A stretch of 64,000 nucleotides of DNA from Cenarchaeum sp. (GTDB lineage Archaea > Thermoproteota > Nitrososphaeria > Nitrososphaerales > Nitrosopumilaceae): the NCBI GenBank assembly GCA_965212015.1, contig OZ243037.1:1248001-1312000 (forward strand), in the 5' to 3' direction. The notes below the pieces were generated by a model. The model was not told where the DNA came from. It worked only from the letters and a program-made list of their open reading frames with translations, and did no database searches. Position numbers and translations under genes: made by a program. Shown here one piece after another: positions 29,301 through 37,733 of the stretch. Position 1 is the stretch's first letter. Each line of letters starts with the position of its first letter.

Positions 29301-29676
29301 TGACGCCCTCTGTGACTATTGCCAGCCCCACCCTTACTGCGAGATCAAGCCTCTGCTCCAGCGTAGAGTTGTCTGCCATGTACTTGCCCAGTGCGATCTC
29401 GCCGGACAGGGTCAGCGCAGAGATCTCCTTGCCGTTGGTCTTTAGCAGCTTGCGCAGCGGTGCGGCGATGTCGATGTCGTGCATCTTGGAGACGCGGTCG
29501 GCCAGGTCAAATGCTATTTTGGGCTCTATCATGCCAGACGAGTCGACAAGCGTGGATTTTGCATCTGCGGCCTTTTCAAATATAGAGTGAGATTCCAGTG
29601 ACAGGCCGGAGTAATAGTCGCGGTACGAGTCCGGCATGTCAATGCCTTCAATGCGGGTTATGGCGTTGTCTGACAT
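26305..29676 (-). CDS. polC: DNA polymerase II (PolD) large subunit DP2
   Basis: AGPMRSAGGT, GGFRLRYGR, GRPEKA, KDGTVRFD, LAPHTS, catalytic KRRDADGDAD, Zn fingers; no intein seen. Confidence 0.97.
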   Translation of the reverse strand: MSDNAITRIEGIDMPDSYRDYYSGLSLESHSIFEKAADAKSTLVDSSGMIEPKIAFDLADRVSKMHDIDIAAPLRKLLKTNGKEISALTLSGEIALGKYMADNSTLEQRLDLAVRVGLAIVTEGVTIAPLQGISEIRIRKNKDGSDYLSVSIAGPMRSAGGTESAVTILIADHVRKAVGLSSYQANSFDDETGRFVEELRIYEREAGNFQFHVLDEDIIRVISNLPVEIDGVDTDPFEVVNHKGMARIKTDRVRGGALRVLNDGLIGRSKKLVKRIELYKLDGWDWLGQLKGAVQTGESQEDAAAKRMREVIAGRSVLSAPNKLGGFRLRYGRSCNTGFASVGFHPAVAEILDHTIAVGTQIKIDIPGKGATVAFVDSIETPTVRLKNGDVVKIRDAEHGIKVRGQVEKILHLGDILISFGDFLENNAHLVPSGYVEEFWIEDLRKKLPGDAGGASEFLGRIPSLDESVRLAQDHGIPLHPKYLFYWDKISHDELAEILAPSETGENSIRYRPSCKRILERLAVPHRVDDSGILLDGDEARIFSRLLFKKKPEIDRSVPVPQLISKYSGITIRNKFSTSIGVRIGRPEKAAPRQMKPPTHCLFPVANKGGMTRDLLRASSQPDFYTNISDRTCKQCGELSIGIRCQNCGSKTVLAYTCPACRSVLGEQYCDRCKRQCISHSYKNFPLKKKLLYAQEKTGIRAQEPLKGVRDLINQDKIAEPLEKGLIRQSRGLTVFKDGTVRFDATNSPLTHFKPSWIGTSPKRLRELGYLVDAQGRELTDPDQTVELKMQDIIIPFESARYLVNICKYVDAELDKFYGRPKFYNVSDTDELLGHLVVGLAPHTSVGIVARVVGYTNTHVCFATPNWHSAKRRDADGDADSIILLMDALLNFSRQFLSDKIGGLMDAPLLIQPLVLPHESQPQAHNLEVTKSFPLEFYESTLLRHKASAIDCVEIIKSRLDTREQFSNYHFTHQTSTLTTSKSRSAYSTLDSMLDKFDLQIRNADMIDVVDTAETVSNVISTHLVPDIMGNLRSYARQNLRCTLCGRSYRRAPLTQRCACKHDLIQTITRPSVEKYLKLAKRLVEKYNVSRYQRGRIHALSDEIDLVFGKSRGDQALLSDFAG

Positions 29677-29682
29677 TGCGGA

Positions 29683-30447
29683 TCACTTTCTGGTGCCGTG
29701 GATCGCTTTTACTATTTCGGCGAGCTTTGCAAGTTTCTGATCCCCCTCCAAGAGAGTCCCAATCACGATGGCGTCCGCCCCGGCATCAGATATCTGTCTG
29801 GCAGTCTCAGCATCCCTGATTCCGCCGCCGACAATCAGGAATCCGTCAAAGACGCCTCGGATCGTCTTGATCATCTCGGGCCTGACGCTGGATTTGGCGC
29901 CAGAGCCGGCCTCCAGATAAACAAACCGCATACCCAAAAACTGCGCCGCCAGCGCATATGCTGCGGCAATCTTTGGCTTGTCAAAGGGAATTCCCCGGGC
30001 GGAGCCCACAAACCATGCCGATGTTCCCTCGCCGATGACCAGGTATGCCGTGGGCAGGGGCTCTAGGCCGAATTTCAGTACGCTTGGCGCGCCCAGCGCC
30101 TGCGCCTGCGTGATAAAATACGGGTTTTCAGAGTTCATCAGGGAGCTAAAAAGGATCGCGTCGGCCTCAGGAACGACGCCAGTCACGTTTCCGGGGAAAA
30201 GAATTACCGGAATCTTTACGGATTTTTTGATGTTTCCAACTACTGCGGACATTTCCATCTGGTCGGTGGCCGACGATCCCCCGACTAGTATTGCAGAGGC
30301 GCCCATCTCCTCTACCCGCCTTGCGAGGCCCTCCGAGCTTGCCATATCGGACACCTCAGAGTCGATAAGGACAAAGAGCAGGGTCTTTTTTCTTTTTAAT
30401 TCGGACTTTAGATGGTTCTCGGTGTCGTTTTTAGGCATAGCACACAT
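29683..30447 (-). CDS. geranylgeranylglyceryl phosphate synthase
   Basis: VLIDS, ILVGGS, ILFPG, YLEAGSGA, VGGGIR. Confidence 0.93.
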   Translation of the reverse strand: MCAMPKNDTENHLKSELKRKKTLLFVLIDSEVSDMASSEGLARRVEEMGASAILVGGSSATDQMEMSAVVGNIKKSVKIPVILFPGNVTGVVPEADAILFSSLMNSENPYFITQAQALGAPSVLKFGLEPLPTAYLVIGEGTSAWFVGSARGIPFDKPKIAAAYALAAQFLGMRFVYLEAGSGAKSSVRPEMIKTIRGVFDGFLIVGGGIRDAETARQISDAGADAIVIGTLLEGDQKLAKLAEIVKAIHGTRK

Positions 30448-30503
30448 TCGGCGGAGGCTCTTTAAAGTTTAAGTGGAGTACCGTTATACTGTTTTGTATA
30501 GCT

Positions 30504-30866
30504 ATGGCGGAGCATAAAGGATCTAATTTCAATAATATTATACAAAAAATTATAGAAAAATCGTTGTTTACAGAGAGACAAATTGAAATTATTTTAGATC
30601 GTAGAAACATTTCAGAGGCGGATTTTAGGATAAGCAGGGGGGCATATTACAGGCAAGTAGGCCAATCTAGGAACAAACTGGCCAGATTCTACTATACCGT
30701 GGCCCTTTTGCGGGGTTTGGGCGTACTTTTGCCCGATGATATTGATGTGATATCAAATCTGGCAGAAAAGATTTCCGTGATAAAAGACAGTGATGTTTTG
30801 GCCGGCCAGGAAGACGAGATTGTAGACGTCATTGACAGGGTGGTTCGGCAGGCATGCAATATGTGA
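30504..30866 (+). CDS. hypothetical protein, probable HTH DNA-binding
   Basis: FTERQIEII...ISRGAYYRQ resembles a Tfx/sigma-like HTH; AT-rich gene. Confidence 0.65.
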   Translation: MAEHKGSNFNNIIQKIIEKSLFTERQIEIILDRRNISEADFRISRGAYYRQVGQSRNKLARFYYTVALLRGLGVLLPDDIDVISNLAEKISVIKDSDVLAGQEDEIVDVIDRVVRQACNM

Positions 30867-30988
30867 TTTGTGATGATCTTGTTGCGTGCAGGCAGTCTCC
30901 AAGGCGTGATTATTGGTGATTCAAATGTTAGTCTAAATGTGAAATTATATTGTTCTATCACAATAAATCACGGTGATTTCATGTATGT

Positions 30989-31567
30989 GTGATGTTGGTA
31001 GAGATTCCCGATATGGATGTAATTTTAAGCTGGGTTGTGGCGTTTCTGGTGGGAGTAATCGGCCTGTCCCTATACTACAAGCTAAAACCACGCCTGAGCA
31101 TCGGACGAAAAGGTGATGAGGGGGCGAGTCTGGAACGCCTAGAGTACTATGAAAAACAGCTGATTGATATGAAAATACGCCTAGATGCACTCGATATGGT
31201 GTCCGAGCCGGAACCGGCAGGCAGTACCGGGAATACCGCACAGGCACCAGCCAAAAACACTGCAAGGCCGGAGTTTGAGGCGGAGGCTGCCAGACCAGAG
31301 CGCAGACGGCGCGAAAGCACGCCTAGTTATGATCACGCAAACATCACAGACTATGTGTTACGCCTAATCACAGACAAGCCCATGACATCACGTGACATAC
31401 AAGTCACAGTAGGCAGAACGAGGGAGCACATCTCCAGACTAATGAAAAAGCTTTTTGAAGACGGCCTTGTAGAAAGAAACACCGCCGCAAAACCATACAC
31501 ATACTCCATCACAGAAAAGGGCAGGACGGGCCTGGGTATAATCAAGCCGGTGCCGGTTGCCGTATGA
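30989..31567 (+). CDS. membrane-anchored winged-helix DNA-binding protein
   Basis: N-terminal TM (ILSWVVAFLVGVIGLSLYY), coiled coil, linker, then MarR-like wHTH (TSRDIQ..VGRTREHISRLMKKL...GLVER...PYTYSIT.KG). Confidence 0.8.
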   Translation: MMLVEIPDMDVILSWVVAFLVGVIGLSLYYKLKPRLSIGRKGDEGASLERLEYYEKQLIDMKIRLDALDMVSEPEPAGSTGNTAQAPAKNTARPEFEAEAARPERRRRESTPSYDHANITDYVLRLITDKPMTSRDIQVTVGRTREHISRLMKKLFEDGLVERNTAAKPYTYSITEKGRTGLGIIKPVPVAV

Positions 31568-31680
31568 TTGGGATCGGGCAGGGGGCTTTCTTTCAAAGTG
31601 TAGATTTTTTATGATAATTTATAATTCTTTTATTTTGATAAATTACATATATTAATATATTACAATATTATAATGCCGGC

Positions 31681-31842
31681 ATGGAAGAGGCGCCTCAGGA
31701 AATATTAGTCAAGATATCATCCACGGGCACAATCTCGCTTCCAAAACTATACCGAAAATACATGGATCTGCAAAAGGGCGACTATGTCAGGGTGGTTTTG
31801 AACAGTGACGGCCTGTCAGTCAAAAAGGCGACGATCACTTAG
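31681..31842 (+). CDS. AbrB/MazE/SpoVT-family DNA-binding protein (53 aa, not in the ORF track)
   Basis: MEEAPQEILVKISSTGTISLPKLYRKYMDLQKGDYVRVVLNSDGLSVKKATIT*, with the AbrB pattern KIxxxGxIxLPKxxR...L..GD.V. Confidence 0.85.
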   Translation: MEEAPQEILVKISSTGTISLPKLYRKYMDLQKGDYVRVVLNSDGLSVKKATIT

Positions 31843-32234
31843 CGTATTGTGGGCTGTTTTTGGGCCAGTTTAATGATCTGATAGGTCCATTCCCGGCCTG
31901 TTTTTGAGCGCTGCACCCTGCCTTTTTGGGCAAATCTGGCCAGATATGTGGATATGATGCTCAGTTTGATCGGCTCGTTGTATTCGTCCTCGTATTTCTC
32001 CAGGACGCCGGTGGATGTGAACCGGCCTACCGGAAACTGTTTGCCGACGACATGCCAGATTTTGGAGCCCACGGAATCCAGATTTACGGCCTTTTGGCCC
32101 TCCTCGATATTCATCAGATCCATCATTTCAAAGATTTTGAGGACTTTTTCCCTTGTGACATTGCCCTCCAGTTTGATGTCATATTTGGCCCCCTCAGAGT
32201 CCTCCATGTCTATCCGGATGCGCTTCTTGGTCAT
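31839..32234 (-). CDS. hypothetical winged-helix protein divergent from cdc6
   Basis: C-terminal FTS...Y...ISTYLARF..KG.V.R...GREWTY wHTH-like pattern; start at ATG 32234. Confidence 0.75.
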   Translation of the reverse strand: MTKKRIRIDMEDSEGAKYDIKLEGNVTREKVLKIFEMMDLMNIEEGQKAVNLDSVGSKIWHVVGKQFPVGRFTSTGVLEKYEDEYNEPIKLSIISTYLARFAQKGRVQRSKTGREWTYQIIKLAQKQPTIR

Positions 32235-32249
32235 TTGGATCAGTCTAAG

Positions 32250-32700
32250 AATTGCCTTAACAATTGAACAGATCCACGAAACTTTGTTAACCAAATAATT
32301 TGTTAATATTGACTGCCTGAGCCACGCCTGACGGGGTTTTCCCCGTTAACATATGCCCTAAAATCATGGCGGTTTTGGGCCGTTTTTCACGCCTAGAGTG
32401 GAAAAAGGGGGGTCGGATGCCATTCTTAACACTGTTAATCACAGATTTCACGCCTAGAGTGGAAAAAGGGGGGTCAAAAAGGGGTTTTTCCACCACACCT
32501 TAACTCTGGGTTAACTCCCTGTTAACTGCAACGACCCACACACCAGTATTTCCACTCTTTGTTTTTTTGATTTTTTTTACAGAGATTCTCTCACATATCA
32601 CTATCAAACCATCATCATACAACCATACATTCCAATCCTATAGGAAATGAAGGTGTGTGGGTACAGAACTGATCGGTGTCAATGATCTTGATCCTTGGTG
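32250..32700. other. probable chromosomal replication origin (oriC)
   Basis: Intergenic region upstream of cdc6 with direct ORBs, an inverted ORB-like box at 32533-32560 (reverse complement AGAGTGGAAATACTGGTGTGTGGGTC), a T-rich tract at 32558-32578, and a further box TAGGAAATGAAGGTGTGTGGG at 32641-32661. Confidence 0.8.
32385..32475 (+). repeat. two identical 30-bp direct repeats (ORB-like) TTTCACGCCTAGAGTGGAAAAAGGGGGGTC
   Basis: Copies at 32385-32414 and 32446-32475; the GTGGAAA core plus G-string is typical of archaeal origin recognition boxes. Confidence 0.85.
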
Positions 32701-32758
32701 TGAAAAATGTCTATGGGATCCATTGAAGTGTCAAGCCAAGATCAGAGATGATCCCGAT

Positions 32759-33976
32759 ATGAGTACCACACTGCAAGACCCGGTTGAAAAGATACTTGAT
32801 GCGGCCATAGCCGGCGACTCGCTGATCAAAAACCGGGACATTCTACACTTTACCTTTATACCGGCCGTCATACACCACAGGGACTCTGAGCAGGAAAGGG
32901 TGACACAGTCGCTGCTACCCATCCTAAAACAGTCCCGCCCCTCCAACCTGCTGGTGTACGGCAAGCCCGGGACCGGCAAGACCCTGGTGGTGAAAAAAAT
33001 TCTCTCCAAAATACAGCAGAGGGTGGAAAAGTCAAACTTTCCAATCAGGCTAATCTATGCCAACTCCAAGGAGGAGACTACCATGTACGGCCTGCTGGTG
33101 AGTTTCGGCAGGCAGCTGGGACTCTCCGAAAAGGAGCTGCCGTCAACCGGCCTTGCAATATCTGCAGTCTTTAAGAAAATCCTTGCCGTAATCAATGGCG
33201 GAAAAATCAATGCGATATTTGTCATCGACGAGATTGATCACCTTGCGCACCTGAGCTCCAAATCACACAACGACATTCTCTATACGCTGACTCGCGCCAA
33301 CGAGAGAATCGAGAGCGGGGGATCCTTTACCATAGTGGGCATATCCAACGATCTCACATTCAAGGAGCGGCTTGATCCGAGGGTCATCAGTACCCTGGGG
33401 GAGGAGGAGATTGTCTTTACAAACTATACCGTCGAGCAGATCAAAAAAATCCTTCAAAACAGGATTGGCGAGGCGTTTGCCCCGGACTCTGTCACCGAAC
33501 CGGCCCTGAACCTGTGTGCTGCCATGGCCGGCGGGGAGCACGGTGACGCCAGAAGGGCCATAGATCTCCTCCGGGTGGCAGGCGAGATTGCAGAAAGGGA
33601 GCAGGCAGGCCAAATCACCGAGGCCCACATCAGAGACGCGTCACAAAAAATAGAGGAGAACAAAGAGATTACGGCCCTGAGATCCTATCCGCTTCACGAA
33701 AAACTAGTCATCCTGTCCATAATAAAGGCGGCCGACTCCTCGACCGGGCAGATTTACGCGGCATACAAGGACCTGACAAAGACGCTCCGCCAAAAGGAGC
33801 TCACCCAGAGGAGGATTACCCAGATGCTAAGCGAGATAGAAATGTCCGGAATCATCACGGGCCGCATAATACACCAGGGAATCCACGGAAGGACCAAAAA
33901 ATTCAAGCTTACAGTCTCTGCCGAAACGGTAAAGGCCACGTTCAAAAACGATTTGGTTCTAGAGGATATCCTCTAG
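32759..33976 (+). CDS. cdc6: Orc1/Cdc6 replication initiator
   Basis: YGKPGTGKT Walker A, VIDEID Walker B, LDPRVIS, GDARRAIDLLR, C-terminal winged helix. Confidence 0.96.
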   Translation: MSTTLQDPVEKILDAAIAGDSLIKNRDILHFTFIPAVIHHRDSEQERVTQSLLPILKQSRPSNLLVYGKPGTGKTLVVKKILSKIQQRVEKSNFPIRLIYANSKEETTMYGLLVSFGRQLGLSEKELPSTGLAISAVFKKILAVINGGKINAIFVIDEIDHLAHLSSKSHNDILYTLTRANERIESGGSFTIVGISNDLTFKERLDPRVISTLGEEEIVFTNYTVEQIKKILQNRIGEAFAPDSVTEPALNLCAAMAGGEHGDARRAIDLLRVAGEIAEREQAGQITEAHIRDASQKIEENKEITALRSYPLHEKLVILSIIKAADSSTGQIYAAYKDLTKTLRQKELTQRRITQMLSEIEMSGIITGRIIHQGIHGRTKKFKLTVSAETVKATFKNDLVLEDIL

Positions 33977-35404
33977 TCAGTCCTTAAAGTCTTTTAAAAA
34001 GACCTTGAGGCTGTTCAGGTTTACTATTACGGCGAATCCCGGGGTGGGAACCTGCCCCACGCTCACCTGAAACGGCGTCTGTCTCTGCCAGGCGCCAGAG
34101 TTGACTAGCAGTATGTTGCGGTACATGTCCAGCTCTGTAATGTGCACGTGGCCCACGTGGAAAATGTCGGGGATTTCGTCTATTACCATCACGTCCTCCA
34201 GTTCCGGGGCTATCGGGGTCTGGCTTCCAAAGATGGGGCTCAGGTGCCTTGCCTTTAGCAGGTGCCGCATCACGTCCACCGGCTTGGCGTAGCTCAGGCC
34301 GGGCGTGGTCTTTACAATGTCGTCTATGCTTTGCCCGTGAAACACGGTCACCTTTACGCCGTTCAGGGAGATCCGCGCGGGATTGCCGATCATGACAAAG
34401 TTTTCGCGCTCCCACAGGCCGGGGCAGTGTTTCTTGGGAATCGCCGGCTGCGGCAGGGCCCTTCTTCCCGGATCGTGGTTTCCCGGAATGACAAAGACCC
34501 GGATGTGGTCGGGTATTCCCAGCAGGATGTCGTGCGCCTTTTGGAGCTGCTCCTCTATGGTCTGGCAGACCAGCTCCCTGTCCTGATCCTTGTAAATTCC
34601 CACCCCGTCGACTAGGTCGCCGCCTATTATGATGAATGCAATCTTTCTTGCTATCGGATCTGGGCTGGACAGCCAGGAGACAAACGCCGCAAACTCTTCT
34701 TCCATAAAGTATTTGCTGCCTATGTGCAGATCCGACAAAAACACGGCGTGGGCCTCAGACTCGGATCTGTTGGGCCGGTGATCCGGAATGTCCGGAACGA
34801 TCAGCTCCTTTGTTACAAAGCCGCCGTTTTTCCCCACCGCAATCTTTGCCATGACGAACTGGTCGTTGAGCAGCGAGTCGGCGACCTTGCGCAGATCCCT
34901 GTCAAAGACGGCCACCTCGACTGAGCCTGACGCATCGTCCAGGGTCAGCCTCACAACGTCCTTGCCCGAGTTTTTTTCATAAATCAGCCCCCAAATGTAG
35001 ATGTCCTTGTTGAACTTTGTGCCCTTGATGGACGCTATGGATTTTATCATTTTTGATTCCGGGCGGTCGGCCATGATGCCCTTTAATTTTGAGAACCTGC
35101 TTGCAAACAGCGCGTTATACCCGTCTACCCCCTCGGCACTGGTAATCCCGCCGGTGGGATCCGAGAGCACCTCGTAATCCGCCCGGAGCTCAGCCTTGCT
35201 GATCCCGAGAAACTCCTCCAAATCCGTCTGGCCGATCAGATAGACCTTTTGCCTTGCCTTCTCCCTGACTATCTCTTTGATTATTCTTCCCAGCTGCGAC
35301 GCATCGACGCCCTCTAGAATCTTTAGCGCGTCTGGATGAATCTGAAACCCCCTGCTCAGTGCATAGTTCAAGGCCAGCGATATTTCCCTGTTCAATGTCA
35401 GCAA
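33977..35404 (-). CDS. polB: DNA polymerase II (PolD) small subunit DP1
   Basis: OB fold, SDLHIGS, GDLVDG, PGNHD, HG, RHLSP, GHVH calcineurin-like motifs. Confidence 0.95.
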   Translation of the reverse strand: MLTLNREISLALNYALSRGFQIHPDALKILEGVDASQLGRIIKEIVREKARQKVYLIGQTDLEEFLGISKAELRADYEVLSDPTGGITSAEGVDGYNALFASRFSKLKGIMADRPESKMIKSIASIKGTKFNKDIYIWGLIYEKNSGKDVVRLTLDDASGSVEVAVFDRDLRKVADSLLNDQFVMAKIAVGKNGGFVTKELIVPDIPDHRPNRSESEAHAVFLSDLHIGSKYFMEEEFAAFVSWLSSPDPIARKIAFIIIGGDLVDGVGIYKDQDRELVCQTIEEQLQKAHDILLGIPDHIRVFVIPGNHDPGRRALPQPAIPKKHCPGLWERENFVMIGNPARISLNGVKVTVFHGQSIDDIVKTTPGLSYAKPVDVMRHLLKARHLSPIFGSQTPIAPELEDVMVIDEIPDIFHVGHVHITELDMYRNILLVNSGAWQRQTPFQVSVGQVPTPGFAVIVNLNSLKVFLKDFKD

Positions 35405-35473
35405 AGGCCGAGAGTTTTAATTAAATCTGATCACGACGCACAACCTATTATATCGTGCCGCCCGCGCTTTGCC

Positions 35474-36007
35474 ATGATGCGCATTTTTGTCTTTCTTGCC
35501 TTTATGGGCATGTTTTCCCTGGCCTACCAGCTGGGATCCATGAGTGCAGTAGACGAGGACGAGGCGCAAAAATTCCTCGACGAGTTCAAGGATCTGGTCG
35601 AGGACATTGATGCGATCGGAATCTTTTCGCACAATATGACCATCGCGCTGCCCATGTTCATTCCCGGTTTTGGCATCGTCTGGGGGATGTTTGCTGCGTG
35701 GTCCACCGGGTATGCGTTTGCATCAATAGCCGCATTGACGCCCCAGCTTGCAGACGTGCCGGCACTGGCGATCCTTTACCTGTCACCCTTTGGGCTGATG
35801 GAGCTTGCGGCGTATTCCCTGGGAACCTCGCGCAGCTACCTTTTGGCCCGCCTGATCTTTCAAAAAAAACCGGTCCGCCCGCACCTGCGAGCCACCGCAA
35901 TTGAGATCGGGATAATGGCCGGACTGCTGCTGGCAGGCGGGTTTGTAGAGTTTCACATGATTGAAGGCATAGAGAGGGGCGACATGGGCATTTTTGAGCC
36001 AAGTTGA
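35474..36007 (+). CDS. SpoIIM/DUF95-family membrane protein
   Basis: IFSHN, PFGLMEL, LLLAGGFVE; four or five TM segments. Confidence 0.8.
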   Translation: MMRIFVFLAFMGMFSLAYQLGSMSAVDEDEAQKFLDEFKDLVEDIDAIGIFSHNMTIALPMFIPGFGIVWGMFAAWSTGYAFASIAALTPQLADVPALAILYLSPFGLMELAAYSLGTSRSYLLARLIFQKKPVRPHLRATAIEIGIMAGLLLAGGFVEFHMIEGIERGDMGIFEPS

Positions 36008-36077
36008 GACTAATTCCCTGTTTAATCTAAAATAATTTAGTAGTAAATTATAAACCAATTGGGCCCAAGCCATAGCG

Positions 36078-37022
36078 ATGAGACTAGTCCTGCCGGCACT
36101 GGCCCTGCTTTTGGCCCTTGGCGCCGGACTTGTGGATCCGGTCACTGCCGAGCTAGAGTCACACCACGCATACGTGCTCAAGGGTTCCGGCTTTGCTGCG
36201 ACCGAACTGATAATCAAAACATCACAGATTGATCTTACGTTTATTGTGGACAGAATCTCCAACGGCCGGGGCGCAGTCAGTGTGGAGGACGGGCTGGTCA
36301 CACTTGACAACAAGACATACAAGATCGGGGAGATGAGCGGGACCGTACTGCGCGACGGAAAATTCCTGAGAATCTCCGGGACAATCCAGGGCAGCTCCGA
36401 CACCGCATTGGATCTCAGGATTATCGGCAGGCTAGTCGAGGACGGCAGAGGCGGCTCCGTTTACAGCTTTAGCGGCAGAGTCATGGACAATACGGAATAC
36501 AAAACGATCTATGCTGCAAAAATCTCCGAGTTTGTGGGCGGTACCACAAAACAGGCCACTAAAATCGCCGACGATACGGTGCACATTCTCAACGGCGCGT
36601 CCCTGCAGGGACTAAACTCGACTTATTCTGCGAGAAGCACCGTCGGGGGAGGCTATTTCCAGCCCGACCGCATCATGGTAAATCCCGGCGGCGCCATAAC
36701 CCTGGTCAACGACGATTCCGTATCCCACCGCCTGGTGAGCGGTGCGGCGGGAAGCGACACCCGGGTGACGGCCAAGGACTTTGTCATGTGTGCAGAAAGC
36801 GACATTGGCGAGCTCCCGAAGGGCTTTAGCTTTGCAAAAACAAACTGCTCGTTTACGCTGGACGGAAAAATCGACACCAAAACGATCGAACCCGGCGGAT
36901 CCGTAAAGGTGACCTTTAAGGAAAGCGGATTTTACAGGCTAATTGACTCTGACTATCCGTGGATGACCATCACGGCGTATTCGTTTAAGAACCTGGACAA
37001 CTCGATCCTGGATCCGAGATAG
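36078..37022 (+). CDS. secreted protein with C-terminal cupredoxin-like domain
   Basis: Signal peptide; F.P..I.V..G..IT..N.D...H and a G.Y...YPWM C-terminus. Confidence 0.65.
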   Translation: MRLVLPALALLLALGAGLVDPVTAELESHHAYVLKGSGFAATELIIKTSQIDLTFIVDRISNGRGAVSVEDGLVTLDNKTYKIGEMSGTVLRDGKFLRISGTIQGSSDTALDLRIIGRLVEDGRGGSVYSFSGRVMDNTEYKTIYAAKISEFVGGTTKQATKIADDTVHILNGASLQGLNSTYSARSTVGGGYFQPDRIMVNPGGAITLVNDDSVSHRLVSGAAGSDTRVTAKDFVMCAESDIGELPKGFSFAKTNCSFTLDGKIDTKTIEPGGSVKVTFKESGFYRLIDSDYPWMTITAYSFKNLDNSILDPR

Positions 37023-37028
37023 CGCGCG

Positions 37029-37733
37029 CTAATAGTTCACGTACGAATCCGGCCTGTTCTGATCAAAGACCATGACGCACATGTCTGAAAACTCCTTGCC
37101 CTCCAGGTCCCTTGCCGTCCCCTCAAATGCAGTCTCGTCCCCCGTTGTCAGCTTTTCAAAAACATGCACCTCCAGCTTTGCCGTATCGAACCCGCGCTCC
37201 CGCAGATAAACTGCAATCTCTGAGGGCATAAAGTGCTTTTGTGGATCCCTTGGCCACGGCCTCGGGACCAGAATGACACTCAGGCCGTCCCGCAGGGCTT
37301 TTTGCAGCTCTAGCTTTTTTCCCTCGATTGACGCAGTCACGTGCATTGTTATGACCCTTGACTTGTCTAGCGGCACTCTGGTTCTTGCCGCCGCCACCTG
37401 CACTGAGCTGATTCCGGGAACCACCGTAACGTCGCCAAAGATCTCAATCAGCCTGTCGACTACTTCGGACTCTGAAAAACTGACGTCGCCGGTAAACGGA
37501 ACGACCAGCTTTTTTCCCCCCAGCGACGAGGCGATTTTCTGGTAGGCGTCCTCCTGGCTTGCCATGGTAATCTCGTGGATCTCCTTTCCCGCAGTAAGGT
37601 GCCTGATCGTCTCTAGGGTATACCCGTAGCCTGCGACCACGTCGCATCCCTTGATGATTCTTGCCGCCGTCCCTGTGACACAGTCGGGATTGCCGGGGCC
37701 CACTCCTACTGCAAAAACGCTGGCCAATCTCAC
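37029..37733 (-). CDS. cbiE: precorrin-6Y/cobalt-precorrin-7 C5-methyltransferase
   Basis: VGVGPG, FTGD, VPGISSVQVAAAR, FEKLT..DE. Confidence 0.85.
   Translation of the reverse strand: MRLASVFAVGVGPGNPDCVTGTAARIIKGCDVVAGYGYTLETIRHLTAGKEIHEITMASQEDAYQKIASSLGGKKLVVPFTGDVSFSESEVVDRLIEIFGDVTVVPGISSVQVAAARTRVPLDKSRVITMHVTASIEGKKLELQKALRDGLSVILVPRPWPRDPQKHFMPSEIAVYLRERGFDTAKLEVHVFEKLTTGDETAFEGTARDLEGKEFSDMCVMVFDQNRPDSYVNY

Noticed and set aside
32385-32475. 30-bp repeat, 31-bp spacer, 30-bp repeat resembling a mini CRISPR array
   Set aside because: There are only two copies and no cas genes. The ORB core with G-string and the position upstream of cdc6 explain it as origin boxes.
26305-33976. Inteins in PolD DP2 or Cdc6
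   Set aside because: Protein lengths are normal and no intein splice motifs were seen.
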